From the IMG/VR virus record IMGVR_UViG_3300037010_001838: a DNA stretch of 64,000 bases. One strand, 5' to 3'. The position numbers and the translations under genes are program-made. The notes beneath the pieces are model-generated. The model saw nothing but the letters and a program-made list of their open reading frames with translations. It was not told the DNA's origin and ran no database searches. Numbering within the stretch: position 1 is the first letter of the stretch; every line of letters begins with the position of its first letter. Below, one piece after another: positions 7,342-15,229 of this stretch. The DNA is from a virus. Lineage: Duplodnaviria; Caudoviricetes.

Positions 7342-7455
7342 GGAGGTCTAGCCTAGTGGATAGGCACCGGACTTATTCGAGCATCTGCGAAATCGGGTGT
7401 TCCTGTTAATCCGGACCGTAATGGTATAGCGTGAGTTCGAATCTCCGGGCCTCTA
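7342..7455 (+). tRNA. tRNA-Lys(TTT)-like gene with a 31-nt hairpin insertion (7375-7405) in the anticodon
   Basis: Acceptor ggaggtc/ggcctct+A73; D stem gcct/aggc; anticodon stem ccgga/tccgg; ctt[insert]ttaa = ctTTTaa; variable arm acc-gtaat-ggt; TTCGAAT T loop. Confidence 0.7.
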
Positions 7456-7466
7456 CCGAATTATTT

Positions 7467-7540
7467 GGATTGCAAGCATTAAGATGGTGCAGTGAGCTTT
7501 CACCTCACAGAACACGGATTGTTGTTGTGGAAGTATACCA
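7467..7540 (+). pseudogene. degenerate tRNA (TTC, Glu anticodon), paralogue of tRNA-Lys(CTT) at 6150
   Basis: Shares gcaagcattaag and agaacacgg with the 6150 tRNA; same 74-nt length; gtgag-ctTTCac-ctcac intact; T loop and acceptor decayed. Confidence 0.55.
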
Positions 7541-7568
7541 GTGTAACGGATAACACACTCGTCTTTCG

Positions 7569-7576
7569 TATAAATA
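7569..7576 (+). promoter_or_regulatory. T4-type late promoter for the endonuclease gene
   Basis: TATAAATA about 25 nt upstream of the ORF. Confidence 0.6.
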
Positions 7577-7601
7577 AATAAATACAAATCGGAAGATCGT
7601 A

Positions 7602-8426
7602 TTGGTGAGAAGAAACAAGCAGTGTGATAAGTGTGGAGATTTAATCTCACTATCGAATATATCAAAACACGAGAAATCGTGTAATGGGACGGGTAAAACA
7701 AATAAACCAAAATTGTTATGTTGTCCGTATTGTAACATAAACTTGGCCGAACACTACCTAACTACACCCAGTCGCCGAGCAAATCACGTTAGGTGGTGTA
7801 TTGATAACCCAAAGCATGATGAATATATAGATAACCTTAACATTCACCTTGATAACGCACGTCGCACAGTAATATCCACCCCAGAAGAAGTTAAACGCCG
7901 GGCTTTACTTGTATCACAAAGACACAAAGAAGGTCGATATGAGCAAGCACACAAAGATAGAATAGGTAAAACAGGTAAAAAACATACCCCTGAGACAAAA
8001 GCAAGATTATCAAACATCAGAAAAGAATGGCTTAAAAACAATCCAGACAAACATCCGTGGAAACGTCCTGGAAAAAATATATCAAAACCTTGTGAAGATT
8101 TTAAACAGTTGTTAACAAATAATGAATATGAATATACGTCAGAATTTCAACCGTTGCAAACAAGATATTTCTCTATTGATATTGTATTCCCTCAGTATAA
8201 AGTAGGAATAGAAATAAACGGAAACCAGCACTACAACAGAGATGGTACACTGAAGACATATTACCAAAACAGGCATGATCTAATAGTAACTGATGGTTGG
8301 GTGTTGTTTGAATTGCCATATTATGAAGTATACAGTCAGGATTCAGTTGACATTATGATGTGTTTACTGGATAATCTACTTATATTAAATGGAAATAACC
8401 AGGCTCTTCTAAAGCCTCATTCGTGA
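7602..8426 (+). CDS. free-standing homing-type endonuclease (Zn fingers + NUMOD3-like motif + DUF559/Vsr-like nuclease)
   Basis: CDKC...HEKSC, CPYC; KKHTPETKARLS; IDIVFPQYKVGIEINGNQHY; GWVLFEL. Confidence 0.75.
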   Translation: MVRRNKQCDKCGDLISLSNISKHEKSCNGTGKTNKPKLLCCPYCNINLAEHYLTTPSRRANHVRWCIDNPKHDEYIDNLNIHLDNARRTVISTPEEVKRRALLVSQRHKEGRYEQAHKDRIGKTGKKHTPETKARLSNIRKEWLKNNPDKHPWKRPGKNISKPCEDFKQLLTNNEYEYTSEFQPLQTRYFSIDIVFPQYKVGIEINGNQHYNRDGTLKTYYQNRHDLIVTDGWVLFELPYYEVYSQDSVDIMMCLLDNLLILNGNNQALLKPHS

Positions 8427-8447
8427 TTCGATTCCACGGCGGGGCCA
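8374..8447 (+). pseudogene. tRNA-Arg(TCT) remnant overlapping the endonuclease 3' end
   Basis: aggct-ctTCTaa-agcct, TTCGATT loop, ggcgggg-CCA; 5' acceptor strand does not pair. Confidence 0.45.
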
Positions 8448-8457
8448 CTTACAACAC

Positions 8458-8585
8458 ATGAAGGTCACACGAAACACACTACTATTCCAGCAGGTTATCG
8501 GTTGACAGTCAAATCTTGGGAAAACGATGGAGACCACAACAAAACTACAGTAACAGCAGGTCTCTCAAATGGACGAAATTGTTGA
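8458..8585 (+). pseudogene. frameshifted remnant of a hypothetical protein
   Basis: TIPAGYRLTVKSWENDGDHNKT is out of frame with the nearest ATG. Confidence 0.3.
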
Positions 8586-8766
8586 TCTAACACTAAGATA
8601 CTACGACCAGATCGCTATAAGGTCAGCAGTGAAACTGTTTTGAGATATAGGTAAAAATCAACAACTACTAACTAATTTTGTAGTTCTAGTAGTTGGTCTT
8701 CTTTTGATTCGGATTCCAGTAGTGCGTCATTTGACTGACGGTGGTGGTTCTTCAGAAGGATGGTAA

Positions 8767-9339
8767 TTAAGACGGTTTTGTAATTGATAAAAACACCTTC
8801 ATTATTTCAGGATCGAATTTAGTTCCAGTTTCTGTTTTTAAGGTTTCAATTGCTTCTTCGTGTGTCAATGAACAATGGTACGTTCTATGAGATACTAAAG
8901 CATCATATGCGTCAACAATACTAACAATTCGGGAATTTAGCGGGATATCCTTACCAACGAGTTGGTCGGGGTATCCTTCCCCGTTAAACCATTCGTGATG
9001 ATGCCGAACAATTGTTCCTGCTTCAATACACCCTTCAACACCCAAAGCATTGACAATCTGTTGACCAATAACTGTATGGGTTTTCATCTTCTCCCACTCT
9101 TTTTCAGTTAATGAAGATGTTTTTAATAAAATACTATCAGGTATCCCTATTTTTCCAATGTCATGAAAACATGCCCCCATTTTAAGAACATGAAAATCCT
9201 TTTCTGTAATCTTAAGTTCTTGTGCTAATAATCTCGCAAGTTCACACACTCGTTCAGAATGAAGTCCTGTAACGATGTCCCGTTCCTTTAATGCTAATGA
9301 TAAACTGTGGACAGTCGTGTCCAAAACTGTTTTCTTCAT
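8767..9339 (-). CDS. stand-alone HD-GYP phosphodiesterase
   Basis: HSERV, HDIGKIGIPDSILLK, HTVIG, HHEWFNGEGYP, SIVDAYDAL...R.Y. Confidence 0.92.
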   Translation of the reverse strand: MKKTVLDTTVHSLSLALKERDIVTGLHSERVCELARLLAQELKITEKDFHVLKMGACFHDIGKIGIPDSILLKTSSLTEKEWEKMKTHTVIGQQIVNALGVEGCIEAGTIVRHHHEWFNGEGYPDQLVGKDIPLNSRIVSIVDAYDALVSHRTYHCSLTHEEAIETLKTETGTKFDPEIMKVFLSITKPS

Positions 9340-9342
9340 AAG

Positions 9343-9371
9343 TTGACTTTAATGTTTAAATAGTGTATAAT
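9343..9371 (+). promoter_or_regulatory. sigma70-type promoter
   Basis: TTGACT-17-TATAAT. Confidence 0.75.
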
Positions 9372-9472
9372 ATTTATTGAATTGTAACAAAATAATTTAT
9401 ATGTAAGGAGTGTTAAGTGTTAGTAATATTCACGAGAGGATGTTAAATTGACAAATTATAAACTCAACAACT

Positions 9473-9682
9473 TTATAAAATCTTAAGGAAACAAAAAATG
9501 ATTATTTTTTCACTTGTAACATTTATTATTTTATATGTTTTTGTAAGTGTTGGTTGGTTCATTACAACCAACAGTAAGACACTTGCTAATGCCCCTTTGT
9601 GGTGGGAACGGATTTTAGCCGCACCTGTTTTCGCTATTCTGCGGGCAGCAAGTAAACTCATGGGTGATGAATAATATGACAA
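9473..9682 (-). CDS. possible small membrane protein
   Basis: 69-aa ORF with hydrophobic stretches; antisense to local gene flow. Confidence 0.3.
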   Translation of the reverse strand: MSYYSSPMSLLAARRIAKTGAAKIRSHHKGALASVLLLVVMNQPTLTKTYKIINVTSEKIIIFCFLKIL

Positions 9683-9942
9683 TATTTTGGGTTATATTAG
9701 GAATTTTAATATACACAGGATTAAACATTTGGTGGTTTTTAAGTATGATGGGATATAAATTTCGTAAAGGTGAATGTACAGATTGGATTTTTGGTTTTCC
9801 AACATATGTAATCGCATGCTGTTTTGGTCTTTATTATAAGATAAGAGAGAAAAATAATATGTTACTTAATTTGTTCCCTTTTGATCCAGCGAAACAAGCT
9901 GGAAGATATGCTGGAACACCAAAACCAACAGGATGTGTATAG
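9676..9942 (+). CDS. small membrane protein
   Basis: Two hydrophobic segments. Confidence 0.45.
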   Translation: MTIFWVILGILIYTGLNIWWFLSMMGYKFRKGECTDWIFGFPTYVIACCFGLYYKIREKNNMLLNLFPFDPAKQAGRYAGTPKPTGCV

Positions 9943-10131
9943 ATGAAACAACCAAAATACCTTTTCTATTTTTCAGGATATGTTACGACTTCCGACAAAA
10001 CTCGAGGAACAGAAATTGGTGAAGATGATATACAAGCTGTGATATCAACAGACACAGAAGACCCAAGAAATTCATGTTCTTTAAATTCTCCTGTGTTTAT
10101 CAGTAAACTGTTGCTTAACAGCGATTGGTGA
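9943..10131 (+). CDS. hypothetical protein
   Basis: 62-aa ORF. Confidence 0.4.
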   Translation: MKQPKYLFYFSGYVTTSDKTRGTEIGEDDIQAVISTDTEDPRNSCSLNSPVFISKLLLNSDW

Positions 10132-10146
10132 ACAAGGAGAATTAAT

Positions 10147-10368
10147 ATGGGGTGGTGTGGCGGAACAATCGTGTTTGATAAGGTTTGTGACATTTTAATA
10201 GGTGAAAATCCTGTTACAGACAAAAAACAGTTTTTACGACATTTAATTAGCGAACTTGAAGATATGGATTGGGACTGTGAAAGTGACAGCAATTATTGGG
10301 AAAATCCACTAGTTCGAGAAGTGTTCAAAGAATTACACCCAAATTGGTTCGAAGAGGATGAAGAATGA
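10147..10368 (+). CDS. hypothetical protein
   Basis: SD aagga; LEDMDWDCESDS motif. Confidence 0.7.
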   Translation: MGWCGGTIVFDKVCDILIGENPVTDKKQFLRHLISELEDMDWDCESDSNYWENPLVREVFKELHPNWFEEDEE

Positions 10369-10613
10369 TGTTTACGCTTGATGAAAAACAACTAGAAAGA
10401 CTTTACGTGTGGCAGGATGAAATATACGAAAAAGCTTTTAACTCTCAATCAGACCTACCTCCTGGACTTTCAATGAAAGGAGCTCCATATTATGGGGTGA
10501 TTGGAGGTGGGTTAACTTACAAGTTTACTCCAACCAGTCTTGGGATAATTGTGAAAGTTCAAGAGGCAGTAACTGGAGAAGAAATTGATCTCACAGATTA
10601 CGATTCGTGGTAA
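10365..10613 (+). CDS. hypothetical protein
   Basis: ATGA overlap; YYGVIGGGLTYKFTPTSLG...DLTDYDSW. Confidence 0.75.
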   Translation: MMFTLDEKQLERLYVWQDEIYEKAFNSQSDLPPGLSMKGAPYYGVIGGGLTYKFTPTSLGIIVKVQEAVTGEEIDLTDYDSW

Positions 10614-10646
10614 GATAAATATATTATCCATACAAAGGAAACTACC

Positions 10647-10934
10647 ATGAAACTAAAACAACTTTTTGAAAATAACAGAGCAGAAACTGTACCAGTTGAA
10701 ATTGATTACACCCACGAAACTGAAAATGAAAACGATAAGATTACTTTTGAACTTGAAGTAACAATTACCCCCGATGGTTATGGTACTGGTGATAGTCCCA
10801 CAGATTATCAAGTCCACATTACAGACGCTTTTTATAAAAACGACCACGCAAAAAAATTCAATTGGAAAAAAGAATTGAACAGCAAAGAAGTTACATGGAT
10901 TGAAGATAAAGCTATTAGGAAAGCTCAATCATAA
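10647..10934 (+). CDS. hypothetical protein with MKLKQLFE N-terminus
   Basis: Late-type ATAAATA at 10615-10621; SD aagga. Confidence 0.7.
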   Translation: MKLKQLFENNRAETVPVEIDYTHETENENDKITFELEVTITPDGYGTGDSPTDYQVHITDAFYKNDHAKKFNWKKELNSKEVTWIEDKAIRKAQS

Positions 10935-11504
10935 ATGTCACAAATCATATTTATAGACATCGACGGACCACTACTTCCACGTAGAGCTTGGTGTCTACCT
11001 GAAAATATTCAACTTTTAAATGAATCCCGAAAATCTGGAAATCATCCCTTTAGACACAAGGATTTACACAACATTGTTAAATTTGACCCAATTGCCGTCA
11101 GTTTCTTTAACACGTGGACAGAGAACAATGATGTTGTTGGAGTTATTTCATCAAACTGGTTTCATTATGCGTCTCGAGAACAAATTGAACTGACGTTCAA
11201 AAACAACAATTTGAAAATTCAGTTACACCAAAATTGGCACACACCAAGAGCCGGTGATGGTGGGAGAACTGAAGAAATAAAACGTTGGTTGGATGTTCAT
11301 TATGTTGACAATTTCATCATCGTTGATGATGACCCTGACTTAATAAGTCCGTCTGCTTCCATATTAATACCTGATATTGAATCACATCTACTTTATATAC
11401 AGTATGAGATTGGCTTGACATTGGAACACCACGCTCGGGCTTGTAACCTACTAAACGTGGATTTTTCCCATCAAGGATTACCGAAATTAACATATCAAAT
11501 ATAA
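10935..11504 (+). CDS. HAD-superfamily phosphatase (RNA-repair-associated type)
   Basis: IFIDIDGPL (DxD motif I), VISSNW (motif II), IIVDDD (motif IV). Confidence 0.75.
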   Translation: MSQIIFIDIDGPLLPRRAWCLPENIQLLNESRKSGNHPFRHKDLHNIVKFDPIAVSFFNTWTENNDVVGVISSNWFHYASREQIELTFKNNNLKIQLHQNWHTPRAGDGGRTEEIKRWLDVHYVDNFIIVDDDPDLISPSASILIPDIESHLLYIQYEIGLTLEHHARACNLLNVDFSHQGLPKLTYQI

Positions 11505-11511
11505 ATTAAAA

Positions 11512-12633
11512 GTGGAACATTTACACGATATTTATACCAAAAAAGGTGACACCTATTTGGATAATCTTTTGAATGATACTGTGGTTATCAACGTGAAGAT
11601 TGACCAGTGTGCATTTGTAATTAAGAAGAATGATGGAATATTTTCTTACCACGGAAGAGAAGGTCGTGGGGAAATTAATAACATAAAACGTTCAACGATG
11701 GACATTTATGAAGATTGCATTCATCATGTTGAGCCTCTTTTATCCAACAAAATTCCAGATAATTCTGAAATATATTTGGAATTGTTTAACGAAAAACTAA
11801 AAACTAAAGTCCAATATTCAACTAAACCCAAAAACAACTTAATATTGTCATATATTAATCAGAGTGGTTCTACACTATTACCAACTAACCCTGAAAATAA
11901 ACGTATTGCATCTCTATTAGACATTTCTGAACCTCCTGTGTTGTTCAGTGGAAAATTATCAGAAAACCAGAAAAAACAAATTAAATCATTTGTTATAACG
12001 TCAGCAGAAGAACGAAAACACAAATATGGTGGAAAAGAGTTTATAGAATATATTATGTCTATATTCAAAACACCAGAACATTTAAGTTGGTTACACGAAG
12101 GGGGATATGAGGGGCTTGTATTTTACTTTGAAAACAATAAATGTTCTGCAAAACTTGTGGACCCACTGTTTACTTCAGATAAACAAGAAGAACGATATAA
12201 TGAAATGAGTGACTTTAAGAAACTGTTAACGGATATTATATTTCAACATTTAGAAGAGGACGTGGATCTATGTATAAAACATACTACATTCTCACTAGAC
12301 GAAACCACAGATGACACTTTTATTTACTTTATATCAAGATTAACGTTGTTAATGTGTATGATACACAGTGAAGAACTTAAAAACCTTAACCAATTTATGT
12401 TAGTTCAAAAGGAGCAACGTTTTTCTAACATAACGTATTCACTTCTTCCGTTGTTTATGGGTCCATTAATTAATAATTATCATTGGTGGGCTGAAGAATT
12501 ATACATCACTCTTGCCAATCTTTTACAAAAAGAAAAGAAAAGAATAAATATAAAACAAGGGTTAACACAAGAGCGAAAAGAAACTATTAATAGAATAGTT
12601 TCAGTGCTTCGTGAACAAGGAATAGTGAAATGA
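11512..12633 (+). CDS. ATP-dependent ligase-fold protein (divergent, RNA-ligase-like)
   Basis: VKIDQ (KxDx, motif I), IYLELF (III), EGLVF (IV), AKLVD (V). Confidence 0.5.
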   Translation: MEHLHDIYTKKGDTYLDNLLNDTVVINVKIDQCAFVIKKNDGIFSYHGREGRGEINNIKRSTMDIYEDCIHHVEPLLSNKIPDNSEIYLELFNEKLKTKVQYSTKPKNNLILSYINQSGSTLLPTNPENKRIASLLDISEPPVLFSGKLSENQKKQIKSFVITSAEERKHKYGGKEFIEYIMSIFKTPEHLSWLHEGGYEGLVFYFENNKCSAKLVDPLFTSDKQEERYNEMSDFKKLLTDIIFQHLEEDVDLCIKHTTFSLDETTDDTFIYFISRLTLLMCMIHSEELKNLNQFMLVQKEQRFSNITYSLLPLFMGPLINNYHWWAEELYITLANLLQKEKKRINIKQGLTQERKETINRIVSVLREQGIVK

Positions 12634-13415
12634 TAAAGACGTTTAAACAGTATCTCATTGAAGAAGGACAAGAATATGATTTATTTGTGGGACGATTCCA
12701 ACCGTTCCACAAAGGGCACACTTCTATAATTGAATCTATGAAGAATCCTATAATCGCAGTTATTAGAGGCAAAAAATCTTCAGAAGATAAAGTTAACAAT
12801 CCATTATCGTTTAAACAACAAAAATCGTTAATACATGAAGTATTTCCTTCTGCAATTGTAATCGAAGTAATGAACGCTAACTTAAATGGAATGTTGTTTC
12901 ATTTAAAAAACGAAGGAAAACAAATTCGTGCAATTTATGCTGGTGAAGATAGAATTAAGCGATATAGAGAAATTGTTGAAGAAAGTAACAAAAAGACAGG
13001 ATTGAATATTCAAGTAAAACAAACACCCCGAATTACATCCGCAACAGATGTAAGAGAAGCAATTCGGTCGAATAATTTCGAAGAATATATACAGTTAATG
13101 CCTATGCAATTAGCTAATGAAGACACATTTATGAAATTACAATCATCTATGCTAATCGAACAACGAAATTCAGAATATCGTGCTTGGTCTGATATGAACG
13201 ATAGAGTAAAACTACGCCGGAAAGAATCAAGAGAAGAAGTAGAACAACGTGTAATTAAACAAATGCAAGACAGTAGAAGAGCGGCGGAACAAGAACGACT
13301 TAAAAGGGAATTAGAAGTTCACAAAACGGCTTTATCAAAAACAAAGCCTGGAACTCCTGCTCACGAAATAATCAAAAAGAAAATTGCACAACATGAACAA
13401 AAAATGAATAGTTAA
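12630..13415 (+). CDS. cytidyltransferase-like HIGH nucleotidyltransferase
   Basis: GRFQPFHKGH, NPLSF, YAGEDR, TSATDVR; N-terminal KTFKQYLIEE. Confidence 0.8.
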   Translation: MIKTFKQYLIEEGQEYDLFVGRFQPFHKGHTSIIESMKNPIIAVIRGKKSSEDKVNNPLSFKQQKSLIHEVFPSAIVIEVMNANLNGMLFHLKNEGKQIRAIYAGEDRIKRYREIVEESNKKTGLNIQVKQTPRITSATDVREAIRSNNFEEYIQLMPMQLANEDTFMKLQSSMLIEQRNSEYRAWSDMNDRVKLRRKESREEVEQRVIKQMQDSRRAAEQERLKRELEVHKTALSKTKPGTPAHEIIKKKIAQHEQKMNS

Positions 13416-13463
13416 CTGTTCATTTTTTGTTTGTAAATACAATCAACGACAAACAAAGCAAAC

Positions 13464-13712
13464 ATGAACACACGCCTATTAACAGACTTAATCACAGACT
13501 TAATTGAGTCTATCAAGAACAACGACGATTATATGTCAAAATCACGAAAGTTCAATGAACTGGCACGATATATTGGTCCAGTTGAGTTAAATGGTCTTCG
13601 TGAAGCATGGGGATACTTTGAAGCTCCAAGTTCTATGGTATATTCATATGCGTTTGACGACACTTTCGATTATCTCCTCCAAAAATATAAGGGTATACAA
13701 ATTAGCAGTTGA
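13464..13712 (+). CDS. hypothetical protein
   Basis: 82-aa ORF. Confidence 0.5.
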   Translation: MNTRLLTDLITDLIESIKNNDDYMSKSRKFNELARYIGPVELNGLREAWGYFEAPSSMVYSYAFDDTFDYLLQKYKGIQISS

Positions 13713-13755
13713 CATTTCTTCGTTTGAGGGGTAAGGTATTATCGCATTATTAACT

Positions 13756-14097
13756 ATGATAATACTCTCTATGAAAACCCACACATTACGAAAATCAAAA
13801 ACACCAGGGCGTAAAATTCTTACGTTCACGCCCGGTTTTGTAGAAACAATCGTTGAAGCCCATCCTTGGGCAGCGCGGGCCTTTATTGGTTGTGTTCTCG
13901 AAGAGATTGACGCGTCTCTTGATATGGATCAACAACTTTTATTAACAGAACGAATTAAACCAATACCCACAACATCTTACGAACAACACACGACACTACA
14001 CTGGTTACAACAAGGTATACGTGTTCTTGATACTACATTACCAGTTTTATTATCAACACTGGATTTTGCTGCAAAAAGGATCTTTGGTGAAAATTGA
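13756..14097 (+). CDS. hypothetical protein
   Basis: 113-aa ORF after TTGACA-type promoter at about 13709. Confidence 0.55.
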   Translation: MIILSMKTHTLRKSKTPGRKILTFTPGFVETIVEAHPWAARAFIGCVLEEIDASLDMDQQLLLTERIKPIPTTSYEQHTTLHWLQQGIRVLDTTLPVLLSTLDFAAKRIFGEN

Positions 14098-14731
14098 TTT
14101 TAAAAGAACGTGCCCAATTAAGTTATTCCCAATTATTACAGTACTAAACGCATTTTCTGACAACAATTACGTTGTGGGGGGAGCGACTCGTGATTTGTTG
14201 ATGGGAAAAACTCCAAATGATTACGACATCGTTACGGATATCCCAATGAAACGGTTAATCGAACTGTTTGAAGACGGTGGATTTGAAGTGTCTTTGACTG
14301 GTGTCGCACACTTTGTGCTTAACGTCCATTTCAGTAGTTATACCGTTGAAGTCAGCAATTTCCGAAAAGATGTGGTATGTGATGGTCGCCACGCGGAAGT
14401 TGAATTGGGAACAATCGATGATGATGCTCACCGTCGCGATTTTACCGTAAACGCGTTATACATTAACACCAAAACGATGGAGCTTATTGACCCAACTGGT
14501 ATGGGGATGGACGATATTAAAACGAGAACGTTACGTTTTGTTGGAAAACCCAAAGACCGTATCAAAGAAGACTACTTGAGGGTAATCCGTTTTTACAGAT
14601 TTGTTGGCCGTGGATTTACTCCAGACCCGAAATCTTTAAAGGCTTGTCGAGAAATGTTCAACGAAGCATACACCAGTGTCGCAGCCGAACGCGTTCGGGT
14701 TGAAATTGAAAAAATCGTTGGGATTGATTAG
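14087..14731 (+). CDS. cca: tRNA nucleotidyltransferase (CCA-adding/poly(A) polymerase family), compact
   Basis: VVGGATRDLL, DYDIVT, RRDFTVNAL, EDYLRVIRFYRF; GTG start after SD aagga. Confidence 0.85.
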   Translation: MKIDFKRTCPIKLFPIITVLNAFSDNNYVVGGATRDLLMGKTPNDYDIVTDIPMKRLIELFEDGGFEVSLTGVAHFVLNVHFSSYTVEVSNFRKDVVCDGRHAEVELGTIDDDAHRRDFTVNALYINTKTMELIDPTGMGMDDIKTRTLRFVGKPKDRIKEDYLRVIRFYRFVGRGFTPDPKSLKACREMFNEAYTSVAAERVRVEIEKIVGID

Positions 14732-14775
14732 GAAGAATAATGAAAAAAACACAAATTTAGTATTAACCGAATAAA

Positions 14776-14952
14776 ATGAAATGTCCTAATTGTGGAGCTG
14801 CGTTTGTTTTTAGGAACAAAAACTTAACAGTTAATACGTATACAACAGATGAACAATCTATTAATGTTATCATTAAATGTACAATCTGTTATCACAGATA
14901 TCAAATACCTATTTCAATTGACGACGGTATTGATTTAGATGAAGGGAAATAA
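14776..14952 (+). CDS. small zinc-ribbon protein
   Basis: MKCPNCG...KCTICYH, 58 aa (below ORF-track cutoff). Confidence 0.55.
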   Translation: MKCPNCGAAFVFRNKNLTVNTYTTDEQSINVIIKCTICYHRYQIPISIDDGIDLDEGK

Positions 14953-14953
14953 A

Positions 14954-15166
14954 ATGGAATGTGAAGAACACCGAGAACAAGTATCAAAGTTTTTTGAACA
15001 AGATGACCCCGAGTTAGTCGGTAATCTCTCCGAAGCGTTATATGCGATGGATGAATTTGGTCTGTGGCCTGATGATGTAACTGTAAGTGAAGAACAAGCT
15101 ATTACATGTTGGGCGGTCGTGGAAAAATTACGAAAAAAGAAGTTTCCAAAAAAACTAGTAATGTAG
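14954..15166 (+). CDS. hypothetical protein
   Basis: 70-aa ORF. Confidence 0.5.
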   Translation: MECEEHREQVSKFFEQDDPELVGNLSEALYAMDEFGLWPDDVTVSEEQAITCWAVVEKLRKKKFPKKLVM

Positions 15167-15169
15167 TCG

Positions 15170-15198
15170 TTGACCCTTATGTCTTCATGATGTATAAT
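15170..15198 (+). promoter_or_regulatory. sigma70-type promoter
   Basis: TTGACC-17-TATAAT. Confidence 0.8.
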
Positions 15199-15229
15199 TT
15201 TATTTGATATAAAATTTGGGGTTTACATC

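Noticed and set aside
7541-8700. Group I intron carrying the endonuclease inside a tRNA
   Set aside because: No P7/catalytic-core motifs, and the flanking tRNA fragments belong to different tRNAs.
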